This document shows, piece after piece, positions 35,059 to 44,206 of a DNA stretch of 64,000 nt. The notes beneath the pieces were generated by a model. The model was not told where the DNA came from. It searched no databases and saw only the letters and a list, made by a program, of their open reading frames with translations. The number at the start of each line of letters is the position of its first letter. Position 1 is the stretch's first letter. A program made the translations under genes and the position numbers. Origin of the DNA: a virus. Lineage: Duplodnaviria; Heunggongvirae; Uroviricota; Caudoviricetes. The DNA lies in IMG/VR virus record IMGVR_UViG_3300024269_000002; one strand, 5' to 3'.

Positions 35059-36384
35059 ATGAGCTTTGATTATATCAATGAAGCATTCAAGAGACTTGAT
35101 GCTCTGAACGAAGATATGTTCGATACTTCTTTAACAGGATTGAATAGTTTGTCTGACTTCATGGATCAAGATGACGCTTCTGACATTGTTAAGGTTATTG
35201 ATCCTACCGCTGAAACAGAAGATGCTGTATCCGATTCTTACATTGGTAAGGTAATTATCAATTGTAATGTTTGCCACTCTCATATTTTTGAGAGCAAAGA
35301 AGACATTGTTATTGACGAGGATGGTGTTGTAAATCCTGAAATGCAGTGTCCATATTGCGGCGAGATGTCTGGTTTTACTGTGGTTGGTGAGATCATGCCA
35401 TTCGAACAAACTGCTGATGAAACTCCTGCCGAGGATCCCACTGCAGAAATTCCTGCAGAAGATGCTGAGGTTGAAGCTCCTGCTGAAGATCCTGTTGTCG
35501 AAGATGTTGATAAGAAACTTGACGAAGGATTCAACTTTGATACTGCTATGAGTGACATTGAAACTCTAAAGGGTTTCTTACGCTCTAAAGGGCATGCTTG
35601 TAAGAGCAAAGAAGCAATTACGTATCTCTGGTCTGTAATTGATTTGTTTGAGGCTGGCGATCAAGAGCTCAGCGTGGAAAATATTGCACAGTGGTACGAA
35701 GATACTTGTCGTAACTTCCCAGAGGATCTCGAGCTTTTTGAATCCTGTGAAGTTATTGATGAGTCTGTATTAACTGAAGATGTTAACAATGTTAATGTTG
35801 AAACTGATGATAGCGTTGTTAATGTTCACACAGAAGATAACGGTAAAGTTGTTGTTACAACTGAGCCAAAAACTGACGCTGTTTCTGCCGAGGGAGGAGA
35901 GATGACTATCTCTCCAGTTTCTGATCAAACAGTTGCAGACATCACAGCAAATAATGATATTGATTCCGAACCTCTTGAATTAGATGATGAAGAAGTTCCT
36001 GTTGATGAGATTGATCTTGACATTGACGAGGTTGATGAGGAAGGACTTGATGAACTAGGTGAGTCTTATCTGAAAAATATCTATGAGAATGTCGAATCTT
36101 TTAAGACAACTTCAGTTTCCACTAATGATACTCAGATGATTGTGGAAGGCATCATTACATTCAATTCAGGTGTGAAGAAAACAACTGGTTTCATCTTTGA
36201 GTCTCATTCTGCATCAAAGGATGGTTACGTAAAGTTTGTTGGAAAGAACGAGCATTTCAGCAAGTCTGAAAGTGCATTTGCGCTTACTGGAAAGGTTGCT
36301 GAAAAGAAACTTCTTCCTGAAAGTTTGAGTTATAACTACAAAGTTGGAGATCAAACTGTTAGCGGAACTGTTAACAAGCAGTGA
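35059..36384 (+). CDS. Acidic internal head/prohead-core-like protein with Zn ribbon
   Basis: CNVC...CPYC; very acidic; many L/I/F-x-E motifs (INE, LNE, LDE, LFE, IDE, LTE). Confidence 0.5.
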   Translation: MSFDYINEAFKRLDALNEDMFDTSLTGLNSLSDFMDQDDASDIVKVIDPTAETEDAVSDSYIGKVIINCNVCHSHIFESKEDIVIDEDGVVNPEMQCPYCGEMSGFTVVGEIMPFEQTADETPAEDPTAEIPAEDAEVEAPAEDPVVEDVDKKLDEGFNFDTAMSDIETLKGFLRSKGHACKSKEAITYLWSVIDLFEAGDQELSVENIAQWYEDTCRNFPEDLELFESCEVIDESVLTEDVNNVNVETDDSVVNVHTEDNGKVVVTTEPKTDAVSAEGGEMTISPVSDQTVADITANNDIDSEPLELDDEEVPVDEIDLDIDEVDEEGLDELGESYLKNIYENVESFKTTSVSTNDTQMIVEGIITFNSGVKKTTGFIFESHSASKDGYVKFVGKNEHFSKSESAFALTGKVAEKKLLPESLSYNYKVGDQTVSGTVNKQ

Positions 36385-36394
36385 GGTGCGGTCA

Positions 36395-37537
36395 ATGGCA
36401 TACGATATCTTTGATACATATAAGAAAAGACTCAATGAGTCAGTAGGACGTTTTGAGGATGTTGAGACCTGTGAAACATGTAGTACGGACAAGCTTTCTC
36501 GCGAAGAACTGTTTGATACCGCATTTAACAATGTTTACGGCATCGATCTGGAAGAGTCAACAGCATTAACAGAGGACTTTGGAGAATTTCCTGACTGGTT
36601 AAAGAATTTCCTTTCCAAGAGAAAAGACGTTAAAGAACGTTTAACAAAGATGGGTGTGGATCTTGCTAGAGCAACATTCATCTCTGGACAGTTGCCTCGT
36701 AATGCTCGTGATCCTGCCTTCAAAGATCCAACCAGAGTTGCTGTTTTCCGTATGGTGGATAGTATCGGCGGAAACTACGAAGTTATCTACATTCCTGGAA
36801 TTACAGATCCAGATGTTTATCCTGATGAAAATAATCGTTGGGCAAGATACAATGCGAGTGCAATTTCTAAGAAGAAGCTACTTGAGTTAACACGCGAATA
36901 CGGTTACATCGATATGAACGATGCTCGTAATAGTAATCTTGCTCTTAGAAAAGAAAGATCTGACGCTAAGCGCGACATGGTGTATCGTGATCGCAAGGCT
37001 GGTCAAGTTCCTCAGAAAACAAATGTCCAGTATGCGCAAGACGAGCGCGGTCGCACTAACTGGGATAAACCGATTAGTTGGGATATAAAGTGGGTAACAA
37101 AGCGTGGTTACGACAAATCAGGCTATCCTCTTGATCCTGACAAATATGGCCGTATGTTAGACAATGTTGGTCTTGAAGATTATTCTACCAGACTGGAAAT
37201 GTTGTATAACAAGATTGAAACAGCAAGAACCAGATTGATTGCTGTTATGAATCAGTATTCAGTTTCTGACTCTACAAAAGTTAGAGTTAAGAGCTCTTGG
37301 GAAAGAAACATCTTTGGTGACATTGCAAGAATTGCTCAAGACTTTAGTAGAGCTATTGATGCATATCGTGAGCTCGAAGAGGGAGTTCAGCAGATTGTAT
37401 CCGCTGAAGATATGGAAGATGCTGAAAAGAGCAAGAGAATTAGTTATGTTTTCAAATGGAACGGAAAACGAGTTCGTGATTATTTGAATGATGTAACTTC
37501 TGCTCTGAAAGCTGCAGAGACAGCTGAGAAGATCTAA
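36395..37537 (+). CDS. Hypothetical protein, probable internal head protein
   Basis: True start probably ATG 36395 (GAGGTG RBS). N-terminal RLNES...LEES.ALTED motifs precede a basic domain. Confidence 0.55.
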   Translation: MAYDIFDTYKKRLNESVGRFEDVETCETCSTDKLSREELFDTAFNNVYGIDLEESTALTEDFGEFPDWLKNFLSKRKDVKERLTKMGVDLARATFISGQLPRNARDPAFKDPTRVAVFRMVDSIGGNYEVIYIPGITDPDVYPDENNRWARYNASAISKKKLLELTREYGYIDMNDARNSNLALRKERSDAKRDMVYRDRKAGQVPQKTNVQYAQDERGRTNWDKPISWDIKWVTKRGYDKSGYPLDPDKYGRMLDNVGLEDYSTRLEMLYNKIETARTRLIAVMNQYSVSDSTKVRVKSSWERNIFGDIARIAQDFSRAIDAYRELEEGVQQIVSAEDMEDAEKSKRISYVFKWNGKRVRDYLNDVTSALKAAETAEKI

Positions 37538-37560
37538 CAGTTTAGTTGAGGAGTAATACA

Positions 37561-38055
37561 ATGGGTGAAAATTATGGATTGCTCCTTAATGAGCGTGATA
37601 TAAAACTACAGCGTAAGTATTTCGATGAAATGTGCACGATGGTTGGCATTAAAGTCATCCATCGTGCTCCTCGAGCAGGAAAGTCCTATACAACTTACAG
37701 TGAGATTGATTCAAACTATTTTGAGCCACACTTAACTGGTTGTATTTTCGAAGAGCATCCGAATCAACGAACAATGAAGAAACTTGGTTGGAATTCTGAA
37801 TTATCAGAGACTGCCTCTATTATATCAGTCCCTTATGATTTGAAAGGGCTACAACAAGGATCATTGTTTATTGTGCCTAGTGCATTCGATAAGACTCATG
37901 GAAGAGTGTTTCGTGTTGTTGAGATAACAGGGATAATGATCTATCCGTGCTCGTTAACATGTAAATTAGTTCCTGAACTAGAAAATACATTTACACCGAA
38001 TACTTACCTACATAAAACAAACAGTTTTAACTTGCTCAATCGTGAGGAAGACTGA
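37561..38055 (+). CDS. Head-closure/neck protein (T4 gp14-like)
   Basis: KLQRKYFDEM..MVGI.V...P; FEEHP...KKLGW; position in the neck module. GAGGAG RBS. Confidence 0.6.
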   Translation: MGENYGLLLNERDIKLQRKYFDEMCTMVGIKVIHRAPRAGKSYTTYSEIDSNYFEPHLTGCIFEEHPNQRTMKKLGWNSELSETASIISVPYDLKGLQQGSLFIVPSAFDKTHGRVFRVVEITGIMIYPCSLTCKLVPELENTFTPNTYLHKTNSFNLLNREED

Positions 38056-38477
38056 TGAAGTTACGCATTGAAGATCCAACGAACGAGCTAGATCTTGCCT
38101 TTGGATTCTGGTTGATAAGAAAAATTAAACAGCATTTCAATGCGTCATTAGATCCGAGAAAGTTGATTCAGTGGGACAAGTTTTTCAATGAGTCAGAAGA
38201 GTTTGTTAGCCTCTATGGGAAAGTAAGCTCTCAACATTTGATGAGAACTGCAATCTCAAACTTGATGGTAAAAAAGCTTCCTGATTCGATTGAAATATTT
38301 GTTAATAAGAATCTTTTTGCTCCGGGACTGGATAGAGTTAAGTTAGATACTGTTTGTAGATTGATTACTTTTGGTAATCAATCAGTAAAGGGTTATCCTG
38401 TATTGTTGGATACATTTCAATACTTTGTTGATAACATAAATCATTACATTGACTTGTATGATGAGGGGATTGACTGA
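38055..38477 (+). CDS. Hypothetical neck/tail-completion protein
   Basis: TGATG coupling on both sides; identified by position only. Confidence 0.5.
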   Translation: MKLRIEDPTNELDLAFGFWLIRKIKQHFNASLDPRKLIQWDKFFNESEEFVSLYGKVSSQHLMRTAISNLMVKKLPDSIEIFVNKNLFAPGLDRVKLDTVCRLITFGNQSVKGYPVLLDTFQYFVDNINHYIDLYDEGID

Positions 38478-39112
38478 TGGCAGTTAGATTTTATGATGAA
38501 GCACTACTTGCTAAATTCAAAAAGTGGACTGCTGACACGCAAGTTCAACTTACAGGAGTGAATGAAACGAAGCGACTGTTTGAAGTTGTTTCAGATAAAA
38601 CAGATGATTCAACAATCAAACTTCCTTTGATTGCACTCAGTAGATCTGGTGGTTATGCTATTCAAGAGAAGTATAAACAACCGAGAAGTTATAATGGTTC
38701 GAAAATGATCATTACAACTGATACTGGTGCAAAGTTAAATGCAGTACCGATCGGGATATCTTATCAGATTGATATCTATACAAGATACCTTGCAGAAGCT
38801 GATGAATATGCACGCAATATTGTATTTAATATTATAAACTACCCCAAGTTAACCATTGAAATTCCGTATGAGGACACAGGTCTTCAACATGATGCGAATA
38901 TTCGGTTAACGACAGATGTTGAAGATAACTCAGATATTCCTGAAAGATTAGTTCCAGGTCAATTTACAAGATTCACTATTGGAATTGATATTGATGATGC
39001 ATATCTGTTTGATGTTAGAATCAAAGATAACATCCGTATAGCAGAAATTTCAAGTCCTATTACATCGACGTTAGGTAAAGAAATACATGTTGAGGATGAG
39101 GGGATATTGTAA
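38477..39112 (+). CDS. Tail terminator/sheath stabiliser (T4 gp15-like)
   Basis: KLPLIALSR, VPIGISYQIDIYTR, FT..I.ID.AYLF; immediately upstream of the sheath. Confidence 0.6.
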   Translation: MAVRFYDEALLAKFKKWTADTQVQLTGVNETKRLFEVVSDKTDDSTIKLPLIALSRSGGYAIQEKYKQPRSYNGSKMIITTDTGAKLNAVPIGISYQIDIYTRYLAEADEYARNIVFNIINYPKLTIEIPYEDTGLQHDANIRLTTDVEDNSDIPERLVPGQFTRFTIGIDIDDAYLFDVRIKDNIRIAEISSPITSTLGKEIHVEDEGIL

Positions 39113-39149
39113 GATATGTTTACTAAAAATTCATAGGAGATTTTTATAA

Positions 39150-40859
39150 ATGGCTAACGAAAATGTAAAAATTATCGTTCAAGAATTCGACGAAACTCGT
39201 CCTAAGGGTTCTGGCGCAAGCAGCGATATTGTTTATGTTCCTGGTCTCGGTAGTGAGTTTGTTTCAGCCGAATATAGAAACGTTCCCGTGCTGTGTTCTA
39301 GTGTGGATGAATTCGAGGGCTACTTTGGATCCTCTCCTTATAGATTTACAGCTGAGGAAACTATCAACGGTGTAACAGTTCGTAAGGGCGATTACGATAG
39401 AGCTTATATTTATGCAAAAGAGCTTATCAACGCAGGATTAACTGTTTTGTACGAAGATATCAGTGCTGATGAGAATGCACACCAGAACATTGCAACATTC
39501 ACTTCAAGTGATGTTTCTAAAGTAGTTAACACTAAGAACGTTTTCCAAACTATCAAGGATAGCACAACAGCCAACATTGCATTTGACCTGGAGGGTGTTA
39601 CTGCTTACGGTAAGGTGTCTCTTGTTGCGAAGGCAGGTGAGTGCAACTCCGTAACAATCAACAGTATTTCTGTGGATTTAGCACACACAGGCATGTTCAC
39701 AGTCAACAACAATGTTATTACTTGGGAAGATGTATCACTCAATGATCTGGAAACAGTTATGTTTACTGCCAATGTGACAATTTCAGGAGCAGGACAGTTC
39801 AGTTTAAGTCTTGTTGTTGGTGATGTTGGTGCAGATGTTCAGGTTACTGATCCTCCATTAAAGTATTTCTACGACAATCTGGCAGCTAGATTTGAGAATC
39901 TGAATGATAAGAATGAGTATACTGTTAAGTATATGACTTCTGGTGGTTATCCCACATTTAATATTTACGATGATGCAACAAGTCACAGAGTCGAAGCAGA
40001 ACTGGCAAGAACTATGCTGGAAGTAGCAAAGACACGAAACGATTGCATTGCTCTGATTGATCATAACGACAGACAACATGCTCCTCTTGCTATTGACGCT
40101 GTTGAGACACAAGCTGGTGTGAAGGTTGCTTCTGTTTACAAGGCTGCAAATGAGTACTTCTCTGAGCCCGGTGTTCCTGGTGAGTTCGGTGCAATGTTTA
40201 CTCCTTGGGGTAACTATACTTGTGTAACAATGTTGAATACAGCAGCTTCTGTACAAGCACTTCCTGCATCTTTTGGTTATCTGATGTGCTTGGCAACAGC
40301 AATCAAGACAAGTCCTAACTGGCTTGCAATGGCTGGTGTAACTCGTGGTATTGTTCCTAATCTGAAGGGATTGAGAACAAATAAGGTTCTGTCCAATGTT
40401 ATTGCTGAAGATTATCAGCCCAAGTATGGTACAGATAAGAACAAGATTGCAATCAATGCAATTACAAATGTTAAGCCTTACGGATTGACTATTTGGGGTA
40501 ACAGAACTCTGAAACCTGTTCATCATAAAGGTACAGTCGCAACAAACTTCTTGAACACTCGTAACATGATCAGTGACATCAAGAAGCTTGCCTACAATAC
40601 TGCAAAGTCTTTGATGTTTGAACAGGATAGTGACACATTGTGGCTCAGCTTCAAGTCAGGTGTCAGCCCGCTCCTTGATCAGTTGAAGAGTGGTTTCGGC
40701 ATCTCCGATTACAAGCTCATTAGAAGCGACAAGAAGTATGATGGTCGTGCTCTAACTCGTGGTGAGATGGCTGCTATCATCAAGATCTTCCCGTTGTATG
40801 CAATCGAGTATTTCGAGATTACAGTTGTTGTCTCTGACAATGACGTTGCTATTTCTTAA
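39150..40859 (+). CDS. Tail sheath protein (T4 gp18-like)
   Basis: R.DCIALID, FTPW, WLAMAGVTRG, INAI....YG..IWGNRTL, R.MI..IKK..FEQ C-terminal sheath motifs. Confidence 0.9.
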   Translation: MANENVKIIVQEFDETRPKGSGASSDIVYVPGLGSEFVSAEYRNVPVLCSSVDEFEGYFGSSPYRFTAEETINGVTVRKGDYDRAYIYAKELINAGLTVLYEDISADENAHQNIATFTSSDVSKVVNTKNVFQTIKDSTTANIAFDLEGVTAYGKVSLVAKAGECNSVTINSISVDLAHTGMFTVNNNVITWEDVSLNDLETVMFTANVTISGAGQFSLSLVVGDVGADVQVTDPPLKYFYDNLAARFENLNDKNEYTVKYMTSGGYPTFNIYDDATSHRVEAELARTMLEVAKTRNDCIALIDHNDRQHAPLAIDAVETQAGVKVASVYKAANEYFSEPGVPGEFGAMFTPWGNYTCVTMLNTAASVQALPASFGYLMCLATAIKTSPNWLAMAGVTRGIVPNLKGLRTNKVLSNVIAEDYQPKYGTDKNKIAINAITNVKPYGLTIWGNRTLKPVHHKGTVATNFLNTRNMISDIKKLAYNTAKSLMFEQDSDTLWLSFKSGVSPLLDQLKSGFGISDYKLIRSDKKYDGRALTRGEMAAIIKIFPLYAIEYFEITVVVSDNDVAIS

Positions 40860-40876
40860 TTACGGAGGAAACTTAA

Positions 40877-41488
40877 ATGCCTATTTATCTTCAGAATCAA
40901 GATAGAGCAAGTACTCTCCATGAGGCTGGCGACAAGCTCGGTACTTACTACTTAACCGATAATCCTAAGCATTATGAAATTCAGAGAAGTAATAACTTTG
41001 TGTTCTATGTTAATGGATTGTCAAAGTCCTTCAGTATTGTGAATAACAAGTATGCTGAAGAGAACGCAGATGATATCATTAAGTTGTCTGTTAACAAAGC
41101 ATCCATTCCTCATTTCGAGCAGGGTGTAATCAAAGTTAAGCGTGGCAACAATGAGATGAAGTTTGCTGGAGCTCCTGAATTCAGTGCTGGTGAGATTTCT
41201 CTGAATGACTACATTGGTGCTGGTACTAAGGATGTTCTGATGGCTTGGCAGAGTAAGTCCTATGACGTTAGAACTGAAAAAGTTGGTCTTGCTTCCGACT
41301 ACAAGAGAGATGCTTATCTGTTGGAGTACACTCCTGATTATCAGCTAGTTCGTACTTGGAAGTTGATGGGTTGCTGGATCAGCAGCTTGTCTGAGGATGC
41401 CTATTCTCATGACTCTGCTGAAAAGCATCAGATCAATGCAACTATTCAGTACGATAAAGCCTGGATTGATATCTCTGACATTGATTGA
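40877..41488 (+). CDS. Tail tube protein (T4 gp19-like)
   Basis: RSNNF, GNNEMKFAG, YKRDAYLLEYTPD..LVRTWKL.GCW; follows the sheath and precedes a terminator. Confidence 0.85.
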   Translation: MPIYLQNQDRASTLHEAGDKLGTYYLTDNPKHYEIQRSNNFVFYVNGLSKSFSIVNNKYAEENADDIIKLSVNKASIPHFEQGVIKVKRGNNEMKFAGAPEFSAGEISLNDYIGAGTKDVLMAWQSKSYDVRTEKVGLASDYKRDAYLLEYTPDYQLVRTWKLMGCWISSLSEDAYSHDSAEKHQINATIQYDKAWIDISDID

Positions 41489-41503
41489 TTCATATTGAAC
41501 ATC

Positions 41504-41537
41504 AAACAGGCGAGTAACAACTACTCGCCTGTTTTTA
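41504..41537 (+). terminator. Intrinsic terminator after tail tube gene
   Basis: AAACAGGCGAGTA-ACAAC-TACTCGCCTGTTT plus TT. Confidence 0.8.
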
Positions 41538-41559
41538 TTATCAAAAAGAGGGAATGTTA

Positions 41560-43053
41560 ATGATTCTAACTGAACAGTTTGAAGTTCATGATTGTTTGAA
41601 TCCAAAAATCTGGACTTCTGATAACAAGTTACGAGATGATGTAAAACTTAAGATTCTTGAAATCATTGAACAGTTTGAATCAACTTGTGAGATTCCATTG
41701 AATATGGTTGATGCACATCTTGTAGGAAGTAATGCATCTTATAATTACACACAGTATTCTGATCTTGATGTACATATCATTTCCAACTTTGAGATGTTGG
41801 ATGCTCCGAAAGATATAGCTCAACTAGCTTTCAATGCTGTTAAAGCAAAGTTTAATTCAGATTACGATATTTCTATTCATGGTGTAGATGTTGAGCTCTA
41901 TGTAGAGGATATTCGTTCTGGAGCTGTATCAAACGGTGTCTATTCCCTGTACAGTGACTCTTGGATAAAGTTTCCAAAGAAGTTAACAGATATTCCACAA
42001 GTAGATATTTCTGATGAGCTAGCTCAGTGGACTGATAGATTCAATGCTGCACTTGAAACAGGCAATTCTGATACTATAACTCGTGTTGTTGATGATATCT
42101 ATCTTGTTAGAAAAAATTCTCTTGATGTTGATGGTGAGTATGGTGCAGGAAATCTCCTGTTCAAGGAGCTAAGAAATCTTGGCTTACTTGATAAGGCTAA
42201 AGATGCATACAAATCAGCAAGATCGAAAGAGTTAACACTTGAACGATTACTTTTACACGAGGACTCCAGAACAACATTACTTGCAAAGTCGAAGCGAACT
42301 GACAAAGGCTTCCAGCGATTCAAGCGTCGTGTTAAGTCTCGCGTTGCAAACAGTGTTAAACAATACAACAGCATTGATATGAATAAGTTATTCAAAGACG
42401 ACATTTTAACAGTTGATGTACAAGTCAAAGGAGAAACTGATACATATACTGTTAAGATAAGTTTTGGAGGTTTTCTTGAGCTGTTACATGATCAACTGAA
42501 AGTTCAAGAATTCAATCTGAAAGCTGTTACAAGAGCACTTATCAATGGGTTCAATCGTGATGATGTTTACATTCATTGTAGTTGCCCAGATGCACAGTAT
42601 CGATTTGCATACTGGCAAACAAGAAAGAAAACAAACAGCGGCGATCCAGAAACTCGTCCTGCTAACATAACAAATCCGAATGATACTCTAGGGGAAGGAT
42701 GTAAACATGTTCTCCTGGTGTTATCAAATACAAGTTGGTTGTTAAAAGTTGCGTCTACAATCTTCAATTATGTTAACTACATGGAAAAGCATTATGAAAG
42801 ATTGTACAAAAAAATAATTTTTCCTGCAATTTTCCAGAAGCCCTATGAGGAGCCTGAACAGCTCGAAATTGATGGTGTACATAGCGATGAGCTTGAAACC
42901 GATACTGACATCATCGACAAGTCTAATGTTCATGCAAAAACTAAGAATCAGTTTAAGAAAGGCAATGAATATAGATTCCAAGCCGGACCTGATAAGAACC
43001 AGATATCTTTTGATGATCTGGATGATGCTCCAGATGTACCAGAAGAAACTTGA
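41560..43053 (+). CDS. Nucleotidyltransferase-fold domain fused to SWIM zinc-finger domain
   Basis: LVGSNASYNYTQYSDLDVH (GS...DxD Pol-beta-superfamily motif, 41725-41769) plus DVELYVE; C-half CSCPD...GCKH (42577-42708). Start ATG 41560 fits the GAGGG RBS spacing. Confidence 0.75.
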   Translation: MILTEQFEVHDCLNPKIWTSDNKLRDDVKLKILEIIEQFESTCEIPLNMVDAHLVGSNASYNYTQYSDLDVHIISNFEMLDAPKDIAQLAFNAVKAKFNSDYDISIHGVDVELYVEDIRSGAVSNGVYSLYSDSWIKFPKKLTDIPQVDISDELAQWTDRFNAALETGNSDTITRVVDDIYLVRKNSLDVDGEYGAGNLLFKELRNLGLLDKAKDAYKSARSKELTLERLLLHEDSRTTLLAKSKRTDKGFQRFKRRVKSRVANSVKQYNSIDMNKLFKDDILTVDVQVKGETDTYTVKISFGGFLELLHDQLKVQEFNLKAVTRALINGFNRDDVYIHCSCPDAQYRFAYWQTRKKTNSGDPETRPANITNPNDTLGEGCKHVLLVLSNTSWLLKVASTIFNYVNYMEKHYERLYKKIIFPAIFQKPYEEPEQLEIDGVHSDELETDTDIIDKSNVHAKTKNQFKKGNEYRFQAGPDKNQISFDDLDDAPDVPEET

Positions 43054-43100
43054 TTTCTAGTTAATTGAGACTAGTTTAGAATCAAATAAAAATCTCCATC

Positions 43101-43150
43101 AAATTCATTGTAGTTACGGCAAATATTTGTTGTAGCTACAATGAATTTTT
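43101..43150 (+). terminator. Long near-perfect hairpin after the NTase-SWIM gene
   Basis: 24+24-nt inverted repeat with three G-T pairs, followed by TT. Confidence 0.7.
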
Positions 43151-43223
43151 ATTTAATCTTCAGTGATGGATCTTGTATATTATTATGTATTACAATAAGA
43201 TGACTCAAAGAGATTGGAGATAA

Positions 43224-43979
43224 ATGATGGATTATACTATTGCGAATGAGTACACTCTTCCCAGTTTAGGTAAAGTGTACGGTAAAGAGATAAACCCGCA
43301 ATTCAAACTGCGTTCAATGACTACAGCGGAAGAAATGAAACGATTGAATCATACAGACAGACCTCACAAATCAATGGCTGAGATCATCGATGATTGCTTA
43401 GTTGATAGTATTGGTATTTCAGCATATGATCTTTGTGTTGCTGACTATCAGTATATGTTACATAAGTTGAGAATTGTTACATACGGCCCAAGTTATAGAT
43501 TGGATTCAAATTGTCCGTATTGTAGCTCTTTGAATAAGGATGTACTTAATCTTGAAGATCTTCCTGTTGTTCCTTTTGATGAGGAAGAGTTCAAGAAATG
43601 TACTGAATTCGTTCTTCCGGTAACAGGTAAACATATAAAGCTCAGAGTGCAGACGCCTCGGATACTTGATGAGATTACTTTCCGTGCTAAAGAAGAACGC
43701 CGTAAGAATCCCAAGTTTGTCGGAGACCCTGCATTTTTATTTACTCTTGAGTCTTTGATTGACACAATTGATGGTGTTAAACCTGAGCAATTCAAGTTGA
43801 CTCCGTTTGTCCAGAAGCTACCCATGATGGATACAAACTACATTCTTCGTTCAGCTCAGAAGCTGAATAATTCTTTTGGATTGGATAGCAAACTTACTCA
43901 TGTTTGCAATGTGTGTGGACTAGATTACAATAGTAACTTTCGCACAACATCTGAATTCTTTGGACCCTCAATTGACTGA
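43224..43979 (+). CDS. Tail/baseplate-hub assembly chaperone (T4 gp26-like)
   Basis: YTLPSLG..Y...LRSMTTAEE, DYQY.L..LRI.TYG, CPYC and C-terminal CNVC...EFFGP; two genes upstream of the tape measure. Confidence 0.65.
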   Translation: MMDYTIANEYTLPSLGKVYGKEINPQFKLRSMTTAEEMKRLNHTDRPHKSMAEIIDDCLVDSIGISAYDLCVADYQYMLHKLRIVTYGPSYRLDSNCPYCSSLNKDVLNLEDLPVVPFDEEEFKKCTEFVLPVTGKHIKLRVQTPRILDEITFRAKEERRKNPKFVGDPAFLFTLESLIDTIDGVKPEQFKLTPFVQKLPMMDTNYILRSAQKLNNSFGLDSKLTHVCNVCGLDYNSNFRTTSEFFGPSID

Positions 43980-44181
43980 AGATGGTAAACCTTACGGACC
44001 ACAAAGATACAAGGACATATCGAGAGAGCTGTATCTTGTATCAAAACATACAAATACTTCATATGAAGATGCTAAGAAGATCACTCCATTAGAGAGAGGA
44101 TATATTCTTGAATTTGTTATGGAAGATCTTGAGCGTCAAAAGGAGCTCTATGATAGGGCTAAACAAGAAACTCAGAAGTAA
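43960..44181 (+). CDS. Small tail chaperone (T4 gp51-like, or C-terminal extension of the upstream gene)
   Basis: ELYLVSKHTNTSYED...ITPLERGYIL motif. TTG start without a Shine-Dalgarno site; overlaps the upstream gene in the +1 frame. Confidence 0.55.
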   Translation: MDPQLTEDGKPYGPQRYKDISRELYLVSKHTNTSYEDAKKITPLERGYILEFVMEDLERQKELYDRAKQETQK

Positions 44182-44206
44182 TTCTAGAGAGGAGGTCTAA
44201 GCTCTT

